DNA from: Candidatus Obscuribacterales bacterium
GTDB lineage: Bacteria; Cyanobacteriota; Vampirovibrionia; Obscuribacterales; Obscuribacteraceae
Direction of reading: 5' to 3'
NCBI GenBank assembly: GCA_965228855.1
Contig: CBDDIJ010000005.1
Coordinates: 1,056,001-1,120,000 of the forward strand
Length of the DNA stretch: 64,000 nt
Shown: piece after piece, positions 41,245 to 50,224 of the stretch
Layout: every line of letters starts with the position of its first letter
Position numbering within the stretch: the first letter of the stretch is position 1
Notes under the pieces: generated by a model
The model's database searches: none
Told to the model about the DNA's origin: nothing
What the model saw: only the letters and a program-made list of their open reading frames with translations
Position numbers and translations under genes: made by a program

Positions 41245-42049
41245 GTTCCTTCTCCTTGCTAAGCGCACCAACTGTTTGTTTAAGCATTGCGAGGATGCGA
41301 CCCTTCTCAATTGGTTTTCGAAGGAAAGCGTCCGCGCCTGCAGCCCTGGCTCTTTCCTCCGCAGACAAGACACTGGTGACAATTACAGTAATTATGTGAG
41401 CAGTAGTCGGATCGGTCTTAAGCAGCTTGCAAAGCGCGAGTCCATCCAGTCGTGGAAGAAGCATGTCGGCAAGCACCAGTTTCGGCACCTCTTTTCGCGC
41501 CAGGTCCAGGGCTTCGTAGCCATCACTCACCAGACTCACTCTGTAACCGGCCTCAGTGAGAAATTGTCGAGCCAGATTGCGCACGTACGGGTCGCCGTCG
41601 GCTATCAGGATGAACTCTTGCTCGTGGCGTGAATAAACTTTCGGGTTTACAAGGCACTTCGATATCTCCTGTCGAAGCTCGTCCTCATCGATTCGACCAT
41701 CACCGGGCGTAACACAGAGAAAACCGGATACACCGAGATTGTTTGCGCGCATTTTCAAGTCTTCGCGAGATTCATCGGCGACGTCATGAAGAAGCAGCAC
41801 AAGTACCGGCACACTGTCGAAAACTTCCTGCCCTCGTACAAGTTGAAGAAACTCAAGCGGCTCAGCACTGCTGAACGGCACAGTCACGATTATGAGGTCC
41901 AGTTCTTGATGCAGCTTCTCATATGACAGACGCCTCTTTGCTTCAAAATGTGAGTAGGCGAACTGCAGATCATATATAGGGTTGAGAATCTGTTTTAAAT
42001 TGCTCAGTTCATCCGGATCTATCGTTATCAGGATTCTGGGTTTGTCCAT
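41222..42049 (-). CDS. Response regulator with pseudo-receiver plus receiver domain
   Basis: C-terminal ILIADGD..LADMLLPRLDG..FLRKP; degenerate N-terminal REC; overlaps the KaiC-like start. Confidence 0.88.
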   Translation of the reverse strand: MDKPRILITIDPDELSNLKQILNPIYDLQFAYSHFEAKRRLSYEKLHQELDLIIVTVPFSSAEPLEFLQLVRGQEVFDSVPVLVLLLHDVADESREDLKMRANNLGVSGFLCVTPGDGRIDEDELRQEISKCLVNPKVYSRHEQEFILIADGDPYVRNLARQFLTEAGYRVSLVSDGYEALDLARKEVPKLVLADMLLPRLDGLALCKLLKTDPTTAHIITVIVTSVLSAEERARAAGADAFLRKPIEKGRILAMLKQTVGALSKEKEHASRDGK

Positions 42050-42227
42050 GCGTCGTGTCTCCGTGACGAAGCATCTCAGTCAAATGTCGCGCCACATTTC
42101 TGCAAAAAATTGAAAAATTGGCGACAGAGACTAGATAGCATTGAATTCCAAAAACGATGAAAGCTTGACTGACAGCGAGCCCAGCTCATGAACGGACACG
42201 AAAACATGGCATCTGGCGAAAGACTGT

Positions 42228-43331
42228 TCAGATTTCGCCGTATGTGAAGAATGGATGAATCGGATCTTCGTCACGAACATCCACTTCCAGCAAATCGGGG
42301 GCGCCTTTAGTCTTACTTAAGAAGATTGCGCCCGTTTTTTTCTTTACCGCCGTGCTCAATTTACTCGGGCTCGCTACATGCGGCTTGACCGTCACGCTTA
42401 ACCTCAAAATATGTTGATCGCCGCTTCCGTCTTTCGCAATAAGTTCCTTTAGCAAACCCGACTGAAGATCGTATGTATTTACTCGATAACCGTATATGGT
42501 GGCACGCGAAGAGTCTGGAGGGACAACATTTCCTTTCTCATCGACCAGACAAATTTCGCCTGATGTCAGTGGTGTCTCATCGTCGAGTTGCGCTTTTACA
42601 AACAGCTTCTTTGCGGAGTGAACGGCTTGCAGAGTCGCCGAGACTTTCCCCTTCTCGTCAACTGTTTTGACGTGAACAGCAGGAGCGCCCCAATCAGAAG
42701 GAGACGGCTCATCTCCCTTTATTGGCGCAGCCCAGAGTTCCAGCAAACGCTCCGAGACAGTCCCCTTGCTCGAGGCGCAATTTGTTGAAATCTCTCCGGT
42801 CATAGTGTTGACGTCCACTCTTTGATGACTGGACGGATCCAAAGCATCGTTGGACGCGGCAGTGAAACCGATCAAAACGAAGCGCCCATCGCGAATTTGA
42901 TACTTATGCCAGTACTCATAACGTTCTCTGGAGCCGCCATAATGATTAACTATGAGAACGCCCTTCTTTATCTCAACTTGAGGAACTCCACCAGAAGGAC
43001 CAAAACCGAGCATGGTCGTTTTATCGCTTTCGACAATTTTCTCAAAAGTATTGCCGCGCTTCAGCGCAACAATGAGCTTACGGTGTGCTGCCGACATTCC
43101 CCCCTGGGCATCAATTGACAAAATCATGGCTACATCCGGCCGCCCATCCTTGTTCAGGTCTCCGACGGCTTCTGAATCGACCACCCAGGGTTCCGTCACG
43201 AACCCTGCTGGTTTACTCGCCTTGCCTGGAATCGGCGGAGCGCCTTCCTCAGCGGCAAATGACGGCAAGTAAACGGAAGCGGCCGTACAAAGCAAAGTAG
43301 CTAAGGCAAACTGAAGTTTTTGCTTCGGCAT
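42228..43331 (-). CDS. Secreted hypothetical protein with FG-GAP-like Ca-binding motif
   Basis: Signal peptide ending SFA; GDLNKDGRPDVAMIL; AAGGAG RBS. Confidence 0.8.
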   Translation of the reverse strand: MPKQKLQFALATLLCTAASVYLPSFAAEEGAPPIPGKASKPAGFVTEPWVVDSEAVGDLNKDGRPDVAMILSIDAQGGMSAAHRKLIVALKRGNTFEKIVESDKTTMLGFGPSGGVPQVEIKKGVLIVNHYGGSRERYEYWHKYQIRDGRFVLIGFTAASNDALDPSSHQRVDVNTMTGEISTNCASSKGTVSERLLELWAAPIKGDEPSPSDWGAPAVHVKTVDEKGKVSATLQAVHSAKKLFVKAQLDDETPLTSGEICLVDEKGNVVPPDSSRATIYGYRVNTYDLQSGLLKELIAKDGSGDQHILRLSVTVKPHVASPSKLSTAVKKKTGAIFLSKTKGAPDLLEVDVRDEDPIHPFFTYGEI

Positions 43332-43476
43332 GAGGTCGAGTTCTCCTTGCTCCTTATAATGCCCATAAATGTAAGGTGTATCAATCCGATTCCTGTTAGC
43401 AACTTGTTAAGAACGGATGGACAAACAACTCTTTCTTCCAATTGTCTTGTTGGATTTCGTTCTGATATGTTCGAGG

Positions 43477-43610
43477 GGTGGCAGACAAAAAAACGCAACT
43501 GACTCGGGGGACACCCCGAAGGATCGCCAGAGGGTCACGCATCCCCTCTGGTCGATCTTTCAGTGCCACCATGCTGCCTTTGTTTGTCCTCAAATTGCGT
43601 GTGGACAAAT
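43477..43610. ncRNA. Candidate structured RNA (three-way junction, U7 tract on the minus strand)
   Basis: Nested stems GGTGGCA/TGCCACC, CTGA/TCAG, TCGGGG/CCCCGA, GATCG-CCAGAGGG/CCCTCTGG-CGATC. Confidence 0.4.
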
Positions 43611-43652
43611 GAACAATTTTTACCACCTGGGATTTCGCACCAAATCTGGTGC

Positions 43653-46600
43653 TTAATCCTTGATCGTAGATTTGGAAACCAAGCCATTCAACGTGTCTAC
43701 GAGACATTTGATAAACTCCTGTTCGCTCGTTTTCGACTTAGTGAAATGCGTCGTTAATCCAAGTGTCAGCTTCTTTCTCTCGTCCGGTAATAGATCCTGA
43801 GCCGTATAGACAAGGAGTGGAGTCCGTGCAGCCTTCTCATGGCGTAAAACGGTTACTACTTCGAAACCGTTTGTATTGGGCAATCCCAGATCGAGAATAA
43901 TCAAATCAGGTTCATGCTCGCGTGTGAGCTCGATAGCTTTCTGTCCGTCCGACGCTTCAAAACATTGAATGCCGGCGCCGAGCGAGAGTACGTGCTGTTT
44001 AATTATTTCACGCGTAGCATCATCATCTTCAGCTACCAGGACTCGCGCCGGACCAGCCGGGCGTTTCCTCACCGCAACTTCCACGGCGCTGAGCAAGCGT
44101 TTTTCTTCAAAAGGTTTTGAAATCCAATCGATTAACAGAGGACTGCTGAATTTGTTCTGTTCCTGCGCAGAAACTACGACGATCGGAATGTGGGTACTGC
44201 TGGATGTATGGAGCTTGTCTATAAAATCTGTACCTTTTCCGTCCGGGAGATTGATATCGAGAATGACACCATCGAACGCCTTGTCTGAAAGTGATTTTTC
44301 AGCAGCGCCGAGCGAGTCCACGTGCTGGATATCGAAACCATGGTTGGATAGATTCATACTGATCACATCAGCAATATTGGCGTCATCTTCGACAAGAAGA
44401 ACAGTTCCATGTTTAACGCCGGACGAGATCGAAACGTCCACCTTTGCCGGCGGCTCATTTGAGGGCGATACCGCTGACAGTGGCAACTCGAACCAGAATG
44501 TTGAACCGTTGCCGACCTTAGAATCAACGCCGATTCTACCCAAATGCTGTTCAACAATGGCTCGGCTAATTGCCAGTCCCAGGCCGGTTCCACCCTTCTG
44601 GCGACTATCTGAGGAATCGATCTGTTGGAACATCTGGAAGAGCCTTTTCAAATCTTCTTCACCGATTCCCGCTCCGTGGTCCAGGACTTCGATGCGGTAA
44701 ACATTTTCTTTCCTATTAGCACGGATAAGCACCTCCGAGTCCGATGGTGAGAACTTAACCGCATTTGACACCAGATTGGTGAGGACTTGAACCAGACGAT
44801 CTCTATCACCAAGAACCTTTGTTCCGTCGATAATTTCACAGCGCAGAGAAACATGAGCCTCAGACGCGAAGGCTCGCAGGTTATCCAGCGTCGATTCAAT
44901 CAGGTCAGACGGACAGAGCATTTCCAACTTTAAATCCAGCTTACCGGCTTCAATCTTTCTGATATCGAGAATGTCGTTTATTAATCGCACCAGTCGGTCG
45001 GACTCTGCTCGCCCCATCGAGACCAGTCTTTTAGCCTTCTCGGATAAATCGCCAGCCTTACCACCTTCAAGCAAACCAAAAGCGCCGCGGATGGAGGTCA
45101 GTGGAGTGCGAAGCTCGTGTGAAACGGTGGAGTAAAATTCGCTCACTCGCTTTTCCGCTTCCTTTTTCTCGGATATATCCCGACCTTCGGGTATAAGCAG
45201 AACCACCTCGCCATCATCATTTTTTATCGGCTTCAATGAAAAATCCACAGCCAGCATAATGCCATCCGGATCTGGATGTTCGGACTCGAACCGCACTAAA
45301 TCGCCTGCGGAAGCGGCTTGAATAGCCAACTTCAGCTGCTCCTGCTGTAACGCCGAATGCGACCACCAGGGTGTTTCCCAAAATGGTACTCCGATAACAT
45401 CTTCGCGTTTCTTACCTATAAACGACAGAGCTGTCTGGTTGGCCTCGATCAACGTCCCATCCGGGGTCAACAATCCAATGAACTCGAAGGTATGATCGAA
45501 AATTGCTTTAAATTTTCTTTCGCTAGCGGAGAGTGCTTTTGCAATCTCCGCTCTACTGAGAAACTGACCGAGCTGAGCGCCGACTGAAGACAAACAGCGC
45601 ATTAACATCAAATCAAAATCTCTGAGCGGTAACGTCCTGAAAAGCTCGATGACGCCTATGCAGTTATCAGCGTCGTTAATCGGTATGGCGATGATTCCGT
45701 GAATATTATGAGCAGAAGCGACCGACGAAATTGCGCTTTCGGTAATGACCGTTATGTCTTTTACTGAGACAACTGACATTTTTTCGCAAGCTTGACCGGC
45801 GATGACGGAAGACTTCTCAAACGACAGACCTCGCAATTTGGCACCAAAATTAGTGGCATTGACGTTATGCGAACCGCTCCACGAAAATTCGCATGTAAGC
45901 TTGCTGCCGTCGTCGTCTTTCGACCAGAACTGAACCACATCCCAGGACAGTTCCTGCCCGATAATGGCGAGCGTTTCTTCAATTGCCTGGCTTCGCTCAC
46001 GACCGGAAACGAGCGCTTGTGAAACGGCAAACACGACCTGTTGAAGCTGTTGTTCGTACTCCTGACGTTTCAATAGATAGCGGACGATAAGAGTAGATAT
46101 GATGAAACCGGCTAGCGCCAGAAAGCCACACAGCATCAGCCTGCTGGTAAGTGCCTCACGCGCACTGGTCAAGGTCTGCAGGCGATCGGCTAAGAGATGT
46201 TCCTCCTCATTTTTCAGTTGAGCGATACCGGTGCGAACACGCTCCATGTACTCTCGGTCGTAGGATTCCGTCAGTAAATTGACTACTGCAGGATCGACAT
46301 TCGGGTGCGCTTTCAAAATACGCTCAAGACTGGCAAATTTGGACCTGACTACTGGCCTCAGTTGCTTCAATCTTGACTGTTGAAGTGGATTGTCGACAGT
46401 CAACTCACTCGATTTATCGAGAGCTGTGAGTGCTCGGGCTTCCGTTCCCTCGAAGTCATCAAGGTAACGCTGGTTACGCGTCAACAACAATCCATAAGCT
46501 GCGCTCTGAGCATCATTGGGAGCAGCCACGACTTTGTCGAGTTCGCGCATTACTTCATAGGTATGCAACACCCATTTGCGTGCCTCGTAGAGTTTCTGCG

Positions 46601-46736
46601 AGTGGTCCCAAGTGCTGAAACCGGCTGCGAAAAGGATGAGAAACAGAAACCCTACGCAGCCTGAAAGGACGGAATTAAAACGTGCCCGCGCTTGTCGGGG
46701 CGAGTACAAATTCGAGCTGGGTTCGAACGTTTGCAT
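43653..46736 (-). CDS. Hybrid histidine kinase CHASE3-GAF-PAS-HisKA-HATPase-REC-REC
   Basis: WVLHTYEV..LTVDNPLQQ (CHASE3), FWETPWW (PAS), SHELRTPL, NLVSNAVKFS, GTGLGL, two receivers. Confidence 0.96.
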   Translation of the reverse strand: MQTFEPSSNLYSPRQARARFNSVLSGCVGFLFLILFAAGFSTWDHSQKLYEARKWVLHTYEVMRELDKVVAAPNDAQSAAYGLLLTRNQRYLDDFEGTEARALTALDKSSELTVDNPLQQSRLKQLRPVVRSKFASLERILKAHPNVDPAVVNLLTESYDREYMERVRTGIAQLKNEEEHLLADRLQTLTSAREALTSRLMLCGFLALAGFIISTLIVRYLLKRQEYEQQLQQVVFAVSQALVSGRERSQAIEETLAIIGQELSWDVVQFWSKDDDGSKLTCEFSWSGSHNVNATNFGAKLRGLSFEKSSVIAGQACEKMSVVSVKDITVITESAISSVASAHNIHGIIAIPINDADNCIGVIELFRTLPLRDFDLMLMRCLSSVGAQLGQFLSRAEIAKALSASERKFKAIFDHTFEFIGLLTPDGTLIEANQTALSFIGKKREDVIGVPFWETPWWSHSALQQEQLKLAIQAASAGDLVRFESEHPDPDGIMLAVDFSLKPIKNDDGEVVLLIPEGRDISEKKEAEKRVSEFYSTVSHELRTPLTSIRGAFGLLEGGKAGDLSEKAKRLVSMGRAESDRLVRLINDILDIRKIEAGKLDLKLEMLCPSDLIESTLDNLRAFASEAHVSLRCEIIDGTKVLGDRDRLVQVLTNLVSNAVKFSPSDSEVLIRANRKENVYRIEVLDHGAGIGEEDLKRLFQMFQQIDSSDSRQKGGTGLGLAISRAIVEQHLGRIGVDSKVGNGSTFWFELPLSAVSPSNEPPAKVDVSISSGVKHGTVLLVEDDANIADVISMNLSNHGFDIQHVDSLGAAEKSLSDKAFDGVILDINLPDGKGTDFIDKLHTSSSTHIPIVVVSAQEQNKFSSPLLIDWISKPFEEKRLLSAVEVAVRKRPAGPARVLVAEDDDATREIIKQHVLSLGAGIQCFEASDGQKAIELTREHEPDLIILDLGLPNTNGFEVVTVLRHEKAARTPLLVYTAQDLLPDERKKLTLGLTTHFTKSKTSEQEFIKCLVDTLNGLVSKSTIKD

Positions 46737-46853
46737 TCAGGTTTGTTTTACTTGAGCGATAGGAACTCAGGCACGCGGATAGCGTGCAGCATACTCTGAT
46801 TATTACTCTAGCAACAAGCAATCCAACAACGCTGTTGGAAGCAAGCGATAATT

Positions 46854-48491
46854 CTATTTAGCTGTTAGCGCGACACGTTTTTCCGCAATTGTGCCGTAGA
46901 AATCTTCGCCCTTGTCGTTAATAACGACAAATGCAGGAAAGTCTTCTATCTTCACTCGGAAAACTGCCTCCATGCCAAGTTCAGGATAATCGATTACTTC
47001 GACTTTCTTAATCGAGTCTTGTGCGAGTCGAGCTGCGGCACCACCTATGGTACCAAGATAGAAACCTCCATACTTTCCGCAAGAGTCTTTCACAATTTTG
47101 CCTCGGTTTCCTTTCGCAAGCGTAATGAGACTCGCTCCGCGCGACATAAGAAGGTCCGCATACGAGTCCATACGACCGGCAGTCGTGGGTCCGAAAGAAC
47201 CCGACGCGTATCCATCAGGTGTTTTTGCCGGTCCGGCATAATAAATCGGGTGTTCTCTGGTATAAGCCGGCAGTTCTTCGCCGCGCTCTAGCGCTTCCTT
47301 CCACTTAGCATGAGCGATGTCACGCGCTACGAGCAACGTGCCGGATAGCATCAGCCGAGTGCCCGACGGTAAGCCGGACATACCAGCCAAAATTTCCGAC
47401 ATCGGTTTATCCAGATCGACACGAACGGTTTCAGTGCCTAAATCTTTCGACTCTACCTCCGGCAAAAAGCGAGCGGGATCATGCTCCAGTTGTTCAAGCC
47501 AGATTCCATCAGCATCTATGCGCCCTTTGATCTGACGGTCAGCACTGCACGAGACGCCGATACCGATTGGCAGACTGGCACCGTGCCTGGGCAGACGAAC
47601 GACGCGCACATCGTGGCAGAAATATTTGCCACCGAACTGGGCGCCGATTCCCAGGTTGCGAGTGATCTCCAGAATTTGCTTTTCGAGCTCGATATCACGA
47701 AAAGCTCGACCGCTCTTGTCCCCCTCGGTCGGAAGCGAATCGAGATAGTGGCAGCTGGCCAGCTTCACCGTTTTCAGCGTCATCTCGGCAGACAATCCAC
47801 CGATGACCACAGCCAGGTGATACGGAGGACAGGCGGAGGTTCCCAATCCGGCAATCTTCTCTGTGAGCAGTTTTGTAAGCGATTCAGGGTTCAAAACCGA
47901 TTTTGTTTCCTGAAACAAAAACGTCTTGTTTGCAGAGCCGCCACCTTTGGCAATAAACAGAAACTCGTAACTATCACCCGGATCGGAATAGATTTCGACT
48001 TGTGCGGGCAGGTTACTGCCCGTGTTCGACTCCTGATACATAGAGATGGGAGCCATCTGGCTGTATCTCAAATTGCACTCGTTATAGGTTTTCTTTATGC
48101 CGTCCTGGAGCGCTATAGAGTCGTCGGTTTCGGTCCAGACCCGGTCGCCTTTGTGGGCGACGACAATGGCAGTTCCCGTGTCCTGGCACATCGGCAGCGT
48201 CCCACCGGCAGCGATGCTCGCGTTCTTCAACAATTCAAGAGCCACGAATTTGTCGTTGGACGACGCTTCCTGATCGTTCAAAATCCCGCTCAGCATCTCG
48301 AGATGGTCCGTTCTCAACAAATGGGACACGTCGGTGAAAGCGGATTTCGCCAACAAAGTCAATGCTTCAGGCTTGACCATCAGCATCTTTCCGCCTCTCC
48401 AGGATTCCTCAGAAACGTGCTCGCTACTGAGGAGACGGTATTTTGTAGTATCCTTGCCAAGTTGAAAGATGCTACCGGCGCTGTGCGACAT
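46854..48491 (-). CDS. fumA: Class I fumarate hydratase
   Basis: [53 protein letters not shown]. Confidence 0.97.
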   Translation of the reverse strand: MSHSAGSIFQLGKDTTKYRLLSSEHVSEESWRGGKMLMVKPEALTLLAKSAFTDVSHLLRTDHLEMLSGILNDQEASSNDKFVALELLKNASIAAGGTLPMCQDTGTAIVVAHKGDRVWTETDDSIALQDGIKKTYNECNLRYSQMAPISMYQESNTGSNLPAQVEIYSDPGDSYEFLFIAKGGGSANKTFLFQETKSVLNPESLTKLLTEKIAGLGTSACPPYHLAVVIGGLSAEMTLKTVKLASCHYLDSLPTEGDKSGRAFRDIELEKQILEITRNLGIGAQFGGKYFCHDVRVVRLPRHGASLPIGIGVSCSADRQIKGRIDADGIWLEQLEHDPARFLPEVESKDLGTETVRVDLDKPMSEILAGMSGLPSGTRLMLSGTLLVARDIAHAKWKEALERGEELPAYTREHPIYYAGPAKTPDGYASGSFGPTTAGRMDSYADLLMSRGASLITLAKGNRGKIVKDSCGKYGGFYLGTIGGAAARLAQDSIKKVEVIDYPELGMEAVFRVKIEDFPAFVVINDKGEDFYGTIAEKRVALTAK

Positions 48492-48701
48492 AATTGCTGA
48501 CCTCTCCGATCGTGGGGGACACCCGAGCCAAACGCCTTATTTTAGCGCTTCCCGCTCCACGATTGGTTCATGTTCATTCAGATGGCGTCGAAACATTTAA
48601 CACGCAGATGAGCGCCGCTTCCGAACTCTGACTCAGTTGTACTGATTTTCAGTAAACATTCGGTGAATGCGACGCTCACCATTTCGGTTTTTGCCAGCGT
48701 G

Positions 48702-49268
48702 TCAGTTGCCATCGGGTCGCCAGTACACCCCGTTCTCGCGTGCCAGCAACTTTGCGCCGATCAGTTCTCTTCGAAGAGTCGCAAAGTCCGGATGGTGACG
48801 ACCGATGATCATATTGACTTCCTTCTCCTTGTAACGAACTCCCGTTTGAAACTTGAGCGTCAGCCAGCGCAGAATGACTTCACGCTTCTTGCGACTGGCA
48901 GGTATTTCCTTAAGTCGCTCACCGTCGAAAAAGTCAGTCAAAATCTTTCGCTCGTAGCTGTCCGAAGCAACTTCGTCGGCGATAGTTACGATTGTTTCCA
49001 TAGCCAGAACCTGCTTGGATAGCGCTCTGAGTTCTTTCGAATTCAGACTGTAGAGGTGGGATGTTCCCTCCGACCTCATCGAAACCAATCCGGCGTCTCT
49101 CAGGCGGGAGAGATGATGCGAGACTGTCGGAGCGCGCAAATCCAGCAATTCAGCCAGTTCATCCACGCTTCTCTCCTGCGATGCCAGGACTCCGACAATC
49201 TTCAATCGACTCTCATCCGAAAGTACTTTGAAAAATGCCAGGACGTTTTCCAATCTCATAGCCGCCAT
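48702..49268 (-). CDS. ArsR/SmtB transcriptional regulator with DUF2087 C-terminal domain
   Basis: FFKVLSDESRLKI..PTVSHHLSRL; EIPASRKKR..YKEKEVN..HPDFATLRRELI; AGGAGG RBS places the start at 49268. Confidence 0.92.
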   Translation of the reverse strand: MAAMRLENVLAFFKVLSDESRLKIVGVLASQERSVDELAELLDLRAPTVSHHLSRLRDAGLVSMRSEGTSHLYSLNSKELRALSKQVLAMETIVTIADEVASDSYERKILTDFFDGERLKEIPASRKKREVILRWLTLKFQTGVRYKEKEVNMIIGRHHPDFATLRRELIGAKLLARENGVYWRPDGN

Positions 49269-49347
49269 GACTTTGTCCTCCTGTTCAACTTGGCTGCTTC
49301 TTTTTGCTGCTTTCACTCCCAGCCCAGGCTCGCCTGGTTTCAGCAAT

Positions 49348-49429
49348 TTAGACGACCGTCTAATTCGATACTCATCTAATTCGATAGGCATCTAATTAGA
49401 TATATATCAAAGTAACTCAAGAATTGCAA
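49348..49429 (-). promoter_or_regulatory. Four abutting 16-bp palindromic operators and the promoter of the ArsR gene
   Basis: TTAGAC-GACC-GTCTAA, TTCGAT-ACTC-ATCTAA, TTCGAT-AGGC-ATCTAA, TTAGAT-ATAT-ATCAAA (49348-49411); minus-strand TTGCAA-17 bp-TATATA with its -10 in the fourth unit. Confidence 0.8.
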
Positions 49430-49505
49430 ATGCTCAACAGCCTGGTTTATCGACCAGGCGCAACTGTTTCACACGTATCGAAAAATAATTGGAGTCGAGG
49501 AGTGA

Positions 49506-49964
49506 TTAATGCTCGGATTCGACAGCGTCAAGTTCGATGCTCAGCATGTCACTTTCAAGGTCAACAAGTCCGACAGTTTGTTCGAGGAAATTCTTGACGG
49601 AGCGCGGACCGACGGAGCCTTCCATGGTGTAGGTTCCATTTGTCAACAATTCTCCGTTATAACCAAAGGTTTTATAACGCACTCGAACGTCTTTGACCGG
49701 GACGTCATTGTAGTTGACGACTCGAATCCAGCAGATCGGGGTGTTGAATATCCAGAGACCGGACACATGCCAATCGACCAGCTCGACGTATACGTTGCGC
49801 GACAATTCGGCATTGCCTATGGTGTGCGTCGTGCAGCCAGACATGAGTGTCACGCAGGCAAGAAAAGTCGCACCAATTAAAACGGCGAAAATCCCACCTG
49901 AGCGAGCGCGACCTTTTCGTCGAAAGCCACCAAACAGCGCTGACAGTATGGCCAGAGTTCTCAT
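49506..49964 (-). CDS. Putative lipoprotein with Ig-like (FxLYD-like) domain
   Basis: LMSGC lipobox; VVNYNDVPVKDVRVRYKTFGYNGELL. Confidence 0.7.
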   Translation of the reverse strand: MRTLAILSALFGGFRRKGRARSGGIFAVLIGATFLACVTLMSGCTTHTIGNAELSRNVYVELVDWHVSGLWIFNTPICWIRVVNYNDVPVKDVRVRYKTFGYNGELLTNGTYTMEGSVGPRSVKNFLEQTVGLVDLESDMLSIELDAVESEH

Positions 49965-50224
49965 ATGACTTATTTTTCGATTTAAGCTGAAGCCCCAAAG
50001 ACCCGATATTTAAGAGAAACTATGCAAAAGTCACGCATTGTAGACCAATCCGCCATGACACCTTTCACACAAACACCAGCAACATAGCCAAAAAAACTAA
50101 GTTCGAAAAGTATTGCAGCTCTGAAATTATATATGATGACTTCCAAATAGTGGTGATCATGGCAAGATCGTGAGAAAAACGGTAGTCAAGCGGGAATTGA
50201 ATTAGTAGCCCACTGGAGTGTTAA

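Noticed and set aside
43477..43571. tRNA-Sec, tmRNA piece or T-box
   Set aside because: The size and paired ends are suggestive, but there is no UCA anticodon loop, T-loop or T-box stem I.
47481..48500. 339-aa plus-strand ORF
   Set aside because: Entirely antisense to the well-conserved fumarase; no motifs.
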